A program made the translations under genes and the position numbers. Below, one piece after another: positions 11,437 to 24,092 of a DNA stretch of 64,000 nt. Below the pieces are notes generated by a model. That model was not told where the DNA came from. It did no database searches and worked only from the letters and a program-made list of their open reading frames with translations. The DNA comes from Balanoglossus misakiensis. Taxonomy: Eukaryota > Animalia > Hemichordata. The stretch is taken from assembly GCA_040954595.2 (NCBI GenBank), contig CM082589.2, positions 3,114,213 through 3,178,212 of the forward strand, written 5' to 3'. Within the stretch, counting starts at the first letter, position 1. Every line of letters begins with the position of its first letter.

Positions 11437-14258
11437 TAACTCAAATAACGATTCTGGGGAGTGCAAGCCCACCCAAGTCGGTCGCAATAAGTTCTTGAAA
11501 CAAGAACACTGACTCGAAAGAAGAAAAAAACTCGTGACCGTGACTGTATATGTCATTTTAGGGATTTCTCAGTCTTAGCAAAAGTTTATTTCCCGTCCGT
11601 CACTATTTGAATCATTCCAGCCGTCACGAAAAAAAGCAAATTAGGAAAGCTCGGGGTATTATGCCACCACTGGCGGTGTTGGATTCTTTCGTTTTCGTAA
11701 AGTTGATCATCTGTTCAGTAATTTGAAGTAGAGCCTACACGATGGTATTAATGGTAATCGATATTTTTCTTCTATAAAAAGTTTGCGCGGACGAAACTAA
11801 GAAAAGATACCATATTCAAACAATACCATCGATCGATCGCGTGATGAATGACGCGTACATAAAGCTCAATCACCCTTGGTCCTTCCACTCAACGAGTGCC
11901 TTTTATAAAAAAAATTACGCATCGCCGCTGGCTATACATGGTTCACAATTTACAGCAATTGTCAGGTATTCGCTTGAGGGCCGGGCTGAGGTCTATCTTG
12001 TCCTGTCAACAATAGAGGGCTCAATCGAACTGACCCCTTTCTTCGCACGCAACCAGCAACATACAATTACTTCAGATACACTTGCAAATTTGATGAGACC
12101 AAGCCACAAATCACATTCACATCCTCTTTATATTCGTTGTACACCCGCCCTAAGGCTCTGGAGGGTCATTGGCTACCCTTGCCGCATCATATCTCAGTGT
12201 TAGTGTATTATCGTCCACGTGTGGATCATATCTTGCTTGTGATTCATATGCGTGATAGGCTGTTCGGGTCTACATTGTTTATGGATCAAACCTGTAGATT
12301 CCAAGGGGCGCTGATGTAAGAAAGCGTATGAGTGAATAGACTAGTCACGTACTGTATGTACACTATTGATTTCCATTGATACTTGCAGACAGTGTGGACA
12401 CAATAATGATCACTTTTGTCACTGAGTCGGTATTAGTGGCATTAGTACGCGAAAAGAACAACAGCAATCGGACTTCGGTTGTGTTAATAACTCGACCCTT
12501 AGAACTCTTATGACAGAGTCTCAATCTTCATTTCGGAATTTATATTTTTTTTTCAAATATTCTTGATTTTTTTCGCTCTTTATATTGGTAAAGGACGAAC
12601 AAAAAGAGAAGGACTCGGTACGAGATCGTTGGAAATACCCCATACCAGTCACACGAAATAAAGATATTTCGAAAAAAATTAAACATTTTTTCGCACATGC
12701 GTGGATTAGTATACTGTTACCAAATTGACGTTGACAGACCAACAAAAGTTGCGTCGTACCATAACGGTGTTTGATTAGTCCCCCATTGTCGTCAGCAAAG
12801 TTTACAAGAGTACAACAACCTCTTAAAATTTGACGCCATTTTGTTACCCCCAAACTTTTATTTGCCCATGCACATGATGCAACACTGCTTTCATCGACAA
12901 ACAATTAGATTATTTTAATTGCCGCTTGAAAGAGGCGCAACGTGTCGCCTGATGACTAAATTGTTTTGGCAGAAAGGGACCATGAATACTTCAAGGAGAG
13001 TATTAAAGATTTATCGGAGACTTTTATGCATGTACGGGGCTGGCCTTGGTCAGGCCGCCTGAGCTTTGACCATCACTCGGGCAGAACGACGATGAAAGGG
13101 AATCGGATGAAAAATTTAACACCGGGGTTTTCTGTTCCATGTTGCAGCATTGTTCTCGCGAGCATAAGCTTACAACCCAAATGCACAATATCGAGTTTGT
13201 AGCAGGGAATGACACGCTGGCTCGAGCGTGTTCCAAAACAATGCAATAGTGATGCGGTGTTTACTTTCTTGTTTCCACGGCAACCGATATCTAACATTAC
13301 ACCCAAACACTGTTTGTCGATGATTGAGTTGGGAGTAGAAAATCATGTTTTTCGATTTCATGAAAAGGGAATTGGACGGATCGCTGAATATTTAGAAACG
13401 TGTGGTCTCATAGCTATACTATGACTGTCACGATTATTTTAGCTTAGACGAATACCATTGCAAACTTTGGCTAATCATATTGACTCAGTTGCGCCTTAAG
13501 AAAGCGAACGTGATAGTTTGGTCAAATACCGTGGGTTCTCGAGTATTTGCAGTCCAATTGAAATATCTGACACTGCGCCTGAATACAATACTGAGCTAAT
13601 TTACCGAATGACACCGACGCATGCAATCAAAACGGATCTGGGTCTTAAACGCGTCGTCTGAAGACTGTCCCAACAGAACTGGTGTATCTTTGCGGGATTG
13701 CGAGATATTTTGAAAAGTAAAACTGGACACAAAGTCAAACCTTCATTTCGCTTTCCACAGAATAACTCCCGTTATACAGTACAGACAAGAATTAAGTTAT
13801 CAAAAAAAGATATAATCTATTTCATTGTAAAGACGTCGTTCAAAATGCAAACATACATTTCATTCACATTTAAAATTTCAGTTCTTGTATCGAACGCTAC
13901 GACATACGGTATCCAAGTTCAATCATGCCACAGTTTAATTGAAAATCACATTTTCACTCGATTGTAGTCAGTTAAGTTCAAAACGATTGCAAACAGGAAA
14001 AAACATGAAAATGGACGGAAAATAAGTTTTTAAAGAACATTGATTTGATATTAGATATCTGATTTATTTCGAAGTACTGAGAAAAGTCTTCGTGAGGTGG
14101 ACGGCACCAGGAATTAAATTAAATCAAAGCCAAACTGCATGATGCAATGATGACGTCATGATTAACACATTAACTGTCAGTATTTCATAAATTATTGCCA
14201 ATCCTAAAATTGAATTGTGGTGTATGATCCAAGATGGCGCCGGTGGACAGGTTCTGTG

Positions 14259-15755
14259 TTATAGGATTGGATGTGTCCTGATAGCGGCGTTTGTATTACA
14301 ACCATGCAGCCACTCACGTACCATCTGTTCTTTAGATTTGTACTCGGAAGCCAGACAGTACTGCGGTGGCTCGTCCAGGATGATTTTCTCTGGAACTTTC
14401 GGCTCCTCGGGAATTTCCTCTTTTATCTCCGGTTCAACCACTGCGGCTTCCTCCGGCGGTTTCTCGGTTGGCTCCGGTTGGCTGTCGGTCTCCGACGGTG
14501 GCGGTGTAGGAGATTTCCCCTTCCCACTTTTCTTCTTTCCTTTCTTGTCGCCCTTTCCCGATTTCCCGCCTTTCTTCCCCGTTGCACTCCTTGCTTTCTT
14601 TCCCTTGGGACTCTTGGCCGATCTCGGCGTCATCTTCTTGACGTCGGGTTCCTCCACGAACGTCACCTTTTTGTTTTTGTCGATTTTCTTGCTTCGACCA
14701 GACTTCGATCGCGTGCTCTTGTCAGATTTCTTACTCACGCTAGCCGTCTCATCTTTTGAATCATCCGTTGGAGTCGAAGTCTCTTTCTGGTTCGATTTAT
14801 CCTCTTCATTCACGTTCCCTTTGCATTCCTCTGCTTTGGGTTCCTTGCCCTCTGGCGATGAACTTGACTTTGCTGGTTCCTCGGTTGCCTGGGCGCTCTT
14901 GTCATTCACCGCCTCGTCAGTTTTAACATGATCGATCTCGCCCTTTTGGCTTTCAAGAGGGCCGGTGGCATTGTCTGGATCTGCTTGGTTTACACTGAGT
15001 TCGCCTCCTTTGTCGGCCGCCCTTTCACCTGGCGTAATTGCTTCGTTTTGATCACCTTGTCCTTTGATTTCTTGTCCGTCAACAGCGGGGTTCTGAGCGA
15101 CAGCCAATTCATCACCCACTACCAAGCCAGACTCAATTAAACGCTGCGCGACCAATTCCGCTAAGTTCCCTTCCGTCAAATCGACTTGGTCGAGATTGAG
15201 TTCGCTGAGCACCTCGCTGGCGAACTCGTCATCGAATAAGAGATCCTGCGTCGAGATTTTGATCTGTTCGCTTTCCTCGAGCTCCGATTGTTTCTTTTGC
15301 TGGGCCAGGGCCCTCTTTTTGCTCACGGCAGTCGGGTCCAAGCAGCCGTTGACGATGTACTCCTCAAAGCGCGATTCGTCATCGTCATCCGCGGGTAGAA
15401 ATTGGACGTCGACCGGCGTCCTGTCCGCAATTTTGGCCCGCTCAGACAGCGAAGTTGTACGATACCTCTGCGTGTACGCGTTGTTCACCTGAGATGAGAG
15501 ACTTGGCACACCTGATCGGACGCTCGAGGCTGAGTTGGCCCGGCTGTGCTGCCGCTCCGCCCGGTGAACGGCTTTCTCGAAGAAAGTTCTCCCGAGTTCG
15601 AACTGGAACTGAGACTCTATGTCCTGAATGACGGATCCGTCGGACGACACCATGCTTGCGCGACTGCCGTGCCGCCGTTGGTGCACAGGCGACGTGGCGA
15701 CGTCAACTCTAACCACGTACTTATCTGCTTTGCCTTTACCTTTCATGGTTGACAT
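14259..15755 (-). CDS. Hypothetical 498-aa protein, mostly disordered acidic/lysine-rich, single coding exon
   Basis: Long ATG-initiated ORF with coding-like codon usage and a splice acceptor (tttgttcag) about 50 nt upstream at ~15804. Ordered-looking N- and C-terminal segments (FQFELGRTFFEKAV; YCLASEYKSKEQMVREWLHGC). No family recognised. Confidence 0.8.
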   Translation of the reverse strand: MSTMKGKGKADKYVVRVDVATSPVHQRRHGSRASMVSSDGSVIQDIESQFQFELGRTFFEKAVHRAERQHSRANSASSVRSGVPSLSSQVNNAYTQRYRTTSLSERAKIADRTPVDVQFLPADDDDESRFEEYIVNGCLDPTAVSKKRALAQQKKQSELEESEQIKISTQDLLFDDEFASEVLSELNLDQVDLTEGNLAELVAQRLIESGLVVGDELAVAQNPAVDGQEIKGQGDQNEAITPGERAADKGGELSVNQADPDNATGPLESQKGEIDHVKTDEAVNDKSAQATEEPAKSSSSPEGKEPKAEECKGNVNEEDKSNQKETSTPTDDSKDETASVSKKSDKSTRSKSGRSKKIDKNKKVTFVEEPDVKKMTPRSAKSPKGKKARSATGKKGGKSGKGDKKGKKKSGKGKSPTPPPSETDSQPEPTEKPPEEAAVVEPEIKEEIPEEPKVPEKIILDEPPQYCLASEYKSKEQMVREWLHGCNTNAAIRTHPIL

Positions 15756-18294
15756 AGTACAGGTCTTCCCAACTCAAAGCAAACGAAGCAAATTGTATAC
15801 GAGCTGAACAAACCGGGTGAACAAAGCACCACTTTTAGTAATTGTCGATTCATAGAATGCTCACCGCTTCATCTCTTCGGGGGCAGGGTCCCCAATTTGC
15901 CCCTTTTCCAATCTTGTGGGTTTGTACACTATTCCTGTACGGGAGACGAAAAACTTGACCGCCCAGCTTATTTAGAAACGTTATATTCAGAGTCAAATGT
16001 TAACTTATCGATCGAGTTGATCTGCGCGTTTTATCTTGGTTACCCGTCGCGATGTCTGAAGCGAAAGACAGTGTACACTTTACCCCCGACAAACCTTGCT
16101 CGTTGAAACTGTATTGTGCAAAGAATACTGGAACGTCACAGGTGATTTTACGACTTGAAAAGCTCTTTGGCGAAGTGGCCCTGTCATTGACTCCAGGGTA
16201 ATGGGGTTTTGTCCGCAGTTATGGTCGTCTTGACACTGGCAACACAAAGTCCGGTAATTATTTGCTCAGCTCTCGCAGTTCAAGAATTTCCACGTCGAGT
16301 GGTCATGTCCTCAGAGTTTATGGCCTCTACATACCGCCGGCGATATTCCCGTTCCGCTGGTTTCACGCACCGTGGCGATCAAGTCCGGGTCGACCACACG
16401 TCACACCACTAGAGCGGCAGCGGTGGTGTACGTTGGCAACGCATGCTTACGCCGACTGTTATGATATGACACGAAAACAACAGACGCACAGACGGCGGGA
16501 TCAACCTCAGGGTGGCGTTTTCTCCGACTGACTCCTGTAATTAAAATATATCGATCCATTGTTACATTACAGCAATGCTGAAACGATCGCCAACCACCAC
16601 CATAACCCACTCATGCAAATTTCCCAAAGTCAAACACCTGTTGTTTCTATCCTCACCCCCAAATCACGGTCCCCGCAACCGTGCCCCGGTAAAAAAAAAC
16701 ATGCACGTCCCCGTCAACAGATTAAGGTAGCATTATCCCTACCAACGGATTACTGGTACATTAGCCCACTTGCGTAATGCCCCACCGAGCGTTTGCATTG
16801 TCCAAACCAAAACATTTATGTTATTTTTGACATAAAACCCGACATATCAGGTACCCAGTCACTTTCTAACGTTGCGTTTACCGCTGGATAAATTACCGTC
16901 AGATGCTCGGCATTCGTGGGGTTTTGGTGCGGAATCCAAAACACGTACAGTGGGAAAACATATGAGGCCCTACAAAAACTCATCCGCGCACTTGTGTGCC
17001 GTTATGAAAAGTCGATAGATTCCAACCACCATAAACGTCCTTGTTATTATTTCTTGGACCTTGGACCTCAAAAAAATCTCCAAAGCAAAGCAAACAAGGC
17101 GTTTTCTGATTGTGTTTCTTGTAATCTGCTGTCGAACATTTCTGAAGCCGCGTGAAACATTCAACGAATAATAGCATCCCTGATGTCGGTATCTTTTAAA
17201 TACGCGGAGCAAACAGTTCGGCGCACCCATCCCGGCCCTCTTTTCACGGCGACACAGAGGTTCTGTGATTCGGAAGAGTGGGTTTATTATACAAAGACTG
17301 GTAAAGAAAGGTGACAGTGCAATGCGCAGGTTTCCTATAGACAGTATTCAAAAGTCCATTCTGACGATTTACTGCTCAATTATAAAACCCATGACATGAA
17401 TTTCGGGTGGTTGATGTTAGTGTACTCGGTCATCGAAGCGTGCTGATGAACACTTGAAACTCGTAATGTGCCCTTCGGTGTTTACCTGTGCCCCAGTATG
17501 TCAAGTGTCGGCAAAGATTGCGAGTACAGTAAAAGATAGTGTGTCTTGAAAGATTGGGCCGGGAAGCGCCCATGTCATATGTCGCCTTCTGGATATTTCC
17601 AGAGCTTATGGCGGGCACAATTATTTCACTACAACTTAGCACCTCTATTCTACCGCAAAGAACATTTAAATATAAATACAACCGCAGAGAGATCGATATC
17701 CATCGCATGCTCCCTGCCTTACTAATTGTTTTTTCAAAACCAATCGATTTTATGATTTTACATGTAACTGTTCAACATAATCCCCGCGTCTTCAGTAATC
17801 GCAGCCAAGACAGGACTTGCATTGAAAGGGTGGGCATCCGTGACTGAAAATGGAATTAAGTTTGTTTCAGTCCAGTCGCACCTAAACACAAGCAGACGAA
17901 TAATTTAATGCTTTGAAATATTCTAAGTGGCCCTAATATGCCGCAAACAATGCAGAAAGTCATTTCCAGGGCTTTGTTCGGGTTTTGAGTACGACCACTT
18001 AGCAGTTGCCGCAGAATACTGAGGCGACGATTATGAAAAGCACCCGCCTGTAGAGGGATTTGACTGCATACACAAAAGCCGGATCAATTCTACCATTTGC
18101 ATTCCTTCATCTGGCGGCGATCCGTACAAAGTGATTTTCAGTACCGATCCTTTCAATGTTACAATTGAAAACAAATTAATTTTCCAATAAATCATCGACA
18201 AGCCTGGTCGTTTCTATATTTAGACAATCTTGACTTTGTCCTAAACGTGAGAAACACTGGAAGGGGTATTTTTAGGGGCCCAAGCGCCTGAGGG

Positions 18295-21200
18295 CGTTTT
18301 TGTCGCCGAGGAGTGAATAAAGAACGCTGCGGTGCAAATAAGATCATTGTAGTTATGCTGCAATATAGTGCGGTAAATTTCCGACCTTTTCGAGTACACA
18401 TCGTGATGGCGAAGGCTGCAGGAAGGCTAGCCTTTTACCTGAAGGTGTCAACTGATGTTGGTTCGAGACCACTTTTTTTTCTATTTCTTTTTTTTGTGAG
18501 AACTTTTAACGACATTATCATTGTAATTTTTATCATTTTCATCAATCCAATTTATTTCAATATCTACGCTGCGTTTTTTATCTGTCGGGTATAAGAAACA
18601 TGCAGGGAAACTTGGTCATTTTTTTGTCGCGGTTCACTTGGGCAAGTCTGAATACGGAGTGCTCAGCAGAGAGAAAAATAAACTCGCTGAAACCGTGTCT
18701 TTCCGTCCGCATGACCAACCAAGGAGCGAAAAAGTCGTTATTTATGCCGTAATAAAACGTTTTTGTAGCCGAGGAGTGACTAAAGAACGGTCAGATCGTT
18801 GCGGAGCAGGGAACTCTTATTTGCACCGCAGCGAACTCTTATTTGCACCGCAGCGGTGCAAATAAGAGTTCACCGCTGCGGTGCAAATAAGATCATTGTA
18901 GTTATGCTGCAATATAGTGCGGTAAATTTCCGACCTTTTCGAGTACACATCGTGATGGCGAAGGCTGCAGGAAGGCTAGCCTTTTACCTGAAGGTGTCAA
19001 CTGATGTTGGTTCGAGACCACTTTTTTCTATTTCTTTTTTTTTGTGAGAACTTTTAACGACATTATCATTGTAATTTTTATCATTTTCATCAATCCAATT
19101 TATTTCAATATCTACGCTGCGTTTTTTATCTGTCGGGTATAAGAAACATGCAGGGAAACTTGGTCATTTTTTTGTCGCGGTTCACTTGGGCAAGTCTGAA
19201 TACGGAGTGCTCAGCAGAGAGAAAAATAAACTCGCTGAAACCGTGTCTTTCCGTCCGCATGACCAACCAAGGAGCGAAAAAGTCGTTATTTATGCCGTAA
19301 TAAAACGTTTTTGTAGCCGAGGAGTGACTAAAGAACGGTCAGATCGTTGCGGAGCAGGGAACTCTTATTTGCACCGCAGCGAACTCTTATTTGCACCGCA
19401 GCGGTGCAAATAAGAGTTCACCGCTGCGGTGCAAATAAGATCATTGTAGTTATGCTGCAATATAGTGCGGTAAATTTCCGACCTTTTCGAGTACACATCG
19501 TGATGGCGAAGGCTGCAGGAAGGCTAGCCTTTTACCTGAAGGTGTCAACTGATGTTGGTTCGAGACCACTTTTTTTCTATTTCTTTTTTGTGATAACTTT
19601 TAACGACATTATCATTGTAATTTTTATCATTTTCATCAATCCAATTTATTTCAATATCTACGCTGCGTTTTTTATCTGTCGGGTATAAGAAACATGCAGG
19701 GAAACTTGGTCATTTTTTTTGTCGCGGTTCACTTGGGCAAGTCTGAATACGGAGTGCTCAGCAGAGAGAAAAATAAACTCGCTGAAACCGTGTCTTTCCG
19801 TCCGCATGACCAACCAAGGAGCGAAAAAGTCGTTATTTATGCCGTAATAAAACGTTTTTGTCGCCGAGGAGTGAATAAAGAACGGTCAGATCGTTGCGGA
19901 GCAGGGAACTCTTATTTGCACCGCAGCGAACTCTTATTTGCACCGCTGCGGTGCAAATAAGAGTTCACCGCTGCGGTGCAAATAAGATCATTGTAGTTAT
20001 GCTGCAATATAGTGCGGTAAATTTCCGAATTTTTCGAGTACACATCGTGATGGCGAAGGGTGCAGGAAGGCTAGCCTTTTACCTGAAGGTGTCAACTGAT
20101 GTTGGTTCGAGACCACTTTTTTTCTATTTCTTTTTTTTGTGAGAACTTTTTAACGACATTATCATTGTAATTTTTATCATTTTCATCAATCCAATTTATT
20201 TCAATATCTACGCTGCGTTTTTTATCTGTCGGGTATAAGAAACATGCAGGGAAACTTGGTCATTTTTTTTGTCGCGGTTCACTTGGGCAAGTCTGAATAC
20301 GGAGTGCTCAGCAGAGAGAAAAATAAACTCGCTGAAACCGTGTCTTTCCGTCCGCATGACCAACCAAGGAGCGAAAAAGTCGTTATTTATGCCGTAATAA
20401 AACGTTTTTGTCGCCGAGGAGTGAATAAAGAACGGTCAGATCGTTGCGGAGCAGGGAACTCTTATTTGCACCGCAGCGAATTCTTATTTGCACCGCTGCG
20501 GTGCAAATAAGAGTTCACCGCTGCGGTGCAAATAAGATCATTGTAGTTATGCTGCAATATAGTGCGGTAAATTTCCGTCTTTTTCGAGTACACATCGTGA
20601 TGGCGAAGGGTGCAGGAAGGCTAGCCTTTTACCTGAAGGTGTCAACTGATGTTGGTTCGAGACCACTTTTTTTCTATTTCTTTTTTTTGTGAGAACTTTT
20701 AACGACATTATCATTGTAATTTTTATCATTTTCATCAATCCAATTTATTTCAATATCTACGCTGCGTTTTTTATCTGTCGGGTATAAGAAACATGCAGGG
20801 AAACTTGGTCATTTTTTTTGTCGCGGTTCACTTGGGCAAGTCTGAATACGGAGTGCTCAGCAGAGAGAAAAATAAACTCGCTGAAACCGTGTCTTTCCGT
20901 CCGCATGACCAACCAAGGAGCGAAAAAGTCGTTATTTATGCCGTAATAAAACGTTTTTGTCGCCGAGGAGTGAATAAAGAACGGTCAGATCGTTGCGGAG
21001 CAGGGAACTCTTATTTGCACCGCAGCGAACTCTTATTTGCACCGCTGCGGTGCAAATAAGAGTTCACCGCTGCGGTGCAAATAAGATCATTGTAGTTATG
21101 CTGCAATATAGTGCGGTAAATTTCCGAATTTTTCGAGTACACATCGTGATGGCGAAGGGTGCAGGAAGGCTAGCCTTTTACCTGAAGGTGTCAACTGATG

Positions 21201-22178
21201 TTGGTTCGAGACCACTTTTTTTCTATTTCTTTTTTTTGTGAGAACTTTTTAACGACATTATCATTGTAATTTTTATCATTTTCATCAATCCAATTTATTT
21301 CAATATCTACGCTGCGTTTTTTATCTGTCGGGTATAAGAAACATGCAGGGAAACTTGGTCATTTTTTTTGTCGCGGTTCACTTGGGCAAGTCTGAATACG
21401 GAGTGCTCAGCAGAGAGAAAAATAAACTCGCTGAAACCGTGTCTTTCCGTCCGCATGACCAACCAAGGAGCGAAAAAGTCGTTATTTATGCCGTAATAAA
21501 ACGTTTTTGTCGCCGAGGAGTGAATAAAGAACGGTCAGATCGTTGCGGAGCAGGGAACTCTTATTTGCACCGCAGCGAATTCTTATTTGCACCGCTGCGG
21601 TGCAAATAAGAGTTCACCGCTGCGGTGCAAATAAGATCATTGTAGTTATGCTGCAATATAGTGCGGTAAATTTCCGAATTTTTCGAGTACACATCGTGAT
21701 GGCGAAGGGTGCAGGAAGGCTAGCCTTTTACCTGAAGGTGTCAACTGATGTTGGTTCGAGACCACTTTTTTTTTCTATTTCTTTTTTTGTGTGAGAAATT
21801 TTAACGACATTATCATTGTAATTTTTATCATTTTCATCAATCCAATTTATTTCAATATCTACGCTGCGTTTTTTATCTGTCGGGTATAAGAAACATGCAG
21901 GGAAACTTGGTCATTTTTTTGTCGCGGTTCACTTGGGCAAGTCTGAATACGGAGTGCTCAGCAGAGAGAAAAATAAACTCGCTGAAACCGTGTCTTTCCG
22001 TCCGTATGACCAACCAAGGAGCGAAAAAGTCGTTATTTAGGCCGTAATAAAACGTTTTTGTCGCCGAGGAGTGAATAAAGAACGGTCAGATCGTTGCCGA
22101 GCAGAGAACTCTTATTTGCACCGCAGCGGTGCAAATAAGAGTTCATCATTTTCATAAATCCAATTCATTTCAATATCT
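18295..22178. repeat. Tandem array of ~7 near-identical ~547-550-bp units, each containing a nested palindrome
   Basis: The same sequence (e.g. ttgggcaagtctgaatacgg) recurs at ~18638, 19186, 19733, 20283, 20832, 21382 and 21931. Each full unit contains gaactcttatttgcaccgc(a/t)gcggtgcaaataagagttc. The terminal units are truncated. Confidence 0.97.
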
Positions 22179-23846
22179 TCAGGCTCACACTGTTACCGAG
22201 CAACGTTTTTCGTCACGTCCATCGTCAAGTGCTGTAAACACATAACAGTAAACATATTACAGATAAACAACCTGATATGCGGATTGATTTGCTCAGGTAG
22301 TTAAGTTTGTGTAAGTTTTATGACCGATCACGCATCTTTACCTAATAACACATCGAGTATATGTTGTTTATATATCAAGTTATATCATACACATTTGTAT
22401 TTGAAAATACATGTACTCGCACAAATCAGCAAAGTCTATACCGGATACTTACGCTAAAAGCTGATATCAATTCCTCACTACCTTGGACGGTCGATCAAGA
22501 CGCCGAGCTTGCCACAACGCCTCTGACAAAACTTTGATCCAGATAATTACATCAAACTAGATTCTGAAATTTATATGTAAACATCAGCTCATTGTTAACA
22601 AGCTGCGTTGCTATGGTACACAAAGGATGTCACTAAGGAGTGAAATGACAGTGGAGGAATTTTCAATATTTGTCGTTCTTTATGCGGTAAAACGCTGATA
22701 ACCTTTGCCTTCCAATCACCGATTTGATGTTGAAAAATTTATCACCATTCGGGAATACAATGAAGATTTGTTTGGTGTTGTATTATTTGTGTACGCTGGA
22801 TTTTGCCGTCACACGACCCCTACTTTACGCGTTAATAGTTGTATATCTCTGTGTAGTGGCAAAGGCTTACCCTAGCTATCAGATTTCACACCAAGGTCGT
22901 ATCATTACACTACTGCTAGCATTTTTTTCGGTTTTAGGAAGAACGACTACGCGGCTTATGCATGAGAAGCTTTAGCGCACAGAAGACGTCATTTAAGAAA
23001 GTCAGAAAATGGTACATATATTCATCTAAATCTTTCGATTTGTTACTATATGGAGTCTTCCTTGCATTCGTTATTTTTCTTTCGAGAAGGGATCGATTTC
23101 CAGGATCGCAGAAGGCCACGACCTCTCGTCAGTGTTGTCAAACCAGGTGGCAAACAAATATTATTGGTCAGTATTCAAGTTTCCTTCCATAGTGAACACG
23201 TTGAACCGTTGAATTGCGCTTGAACGTTTTCCTTCCCTGTGGTAGCTGGCCCAAATTTCCCTCTGATGGATTTAGAAATCACAAGTCGGACCGAATAGCA
23301 AAAATGGTACGATTGCGCTACCTAGATATGATTTTATCGAACGAATTAATGTGGTTGAGCACGTGACCGATCGATGGAAAGCAGTGTGTCGGGGTCCAGG
23401 GGTCATTAGACCCCACGGCGACAAACGCTACTTGATTACTAGTAACCCTAGGCTTAGACAACTATACATATGTGGCTAACCCATTTTGAGGTGGCTATAG
23501 CCCATCAACATTACCTTTACCGCTTCGAAAACCCAACGAACCAAACAACAACTACAACAAACCATTAAAGAAATAACTTATTTTGCGTACAATACGTAGC
23601 TATTTGAAAGTATAGGTTATTAACACCGTCAAACAAGCAAAACAGGATGAGATTCTTTTAACAACAGGAAATATCATATTAATGTGATCATGGCACGCCT
23701 GACGCCAACTTACCCATTCAACGAAATCTCAGCTGGAAATATCTCGAGAGTACAAATCGTGGTTCACTGCAAATGGTGAAATCCTGGTGAATAATGTTTT
23801 GACACTTTGACCGGCGTTTAAAACATGTCCGGGAGCTTGGTGAGAC

Positions 23847-23861
23847 GTTGCCGGGGGTAAC
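23847..23861. promoter_or_regulatory. RFX X-box motif
   Basis: GTTGCC-GGG-GGTAAC matches the consensus GTNRCC(N0-3)RGYAAC. It lies ~130 nt upstream of a minus-strand GTAAGT donor at 23713. Confidence 0.45.
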
Positions 23862-24092
23862 GGCACGTCGATTGGACTTTGAAGCTATCAGCTTACTTCA
23901 GCTTCCAGTAGCGTACTGTTATTTCATTTCTTATCTCAGGCACCTTTACGTGGGTTGAATAAATTAAGCGAGATTTATGGGCCAATGCCTGATAACCCCC
24001 GAGGTCCCAGATTGAAAACTTTTGAACACAAGTACTAAGTGGGAGAAAACAATTCACCAATGACCAAGTTCGTTTCTAAATGTGCCTCCTAA

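Noticed and set aside
11450-14200. tRNA, rRNA or other structured RNA genes in the intergenic regions
   Set aside because: No cloverleaf, A/B-box pair or rRNA-like sequence was recognised by eye here or elsewhere in the window. A tRNAscan-SE or Infernal run would be needed to exclude them formally.
14215-14931. 238-aa plus-strand ORF, and similar antisense ORFs over the ZnF, CCDC178 (52503-53114) and ASXL genes
   Set aside because: These are antisense shadows of low-complexity or codon-biased coding exons.
18313-21794. Repeated 75-113-aa ORFs in the array as a peptide gene cluster
   Set aside because: They mostly start at non-ATG codons, are broken by variable poly-T lengths between copies, and have no recognisable protein features.
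18295-22178. CRISPR-like array (regularly spaced palindromic repeats)
   Set aside because: The intervening ~470-bp sequences are near-identical rather than unique spacers, there are no cas-like ORFs, and the context is eukaryotic.
23391-23443. Helitron 3' end (ggggtc...gacccc hairpin followed by CTAG)
   Set aside because: The stem is only 6 bp, the spacing is atypical, and no matching 5' end or second copy is visible.
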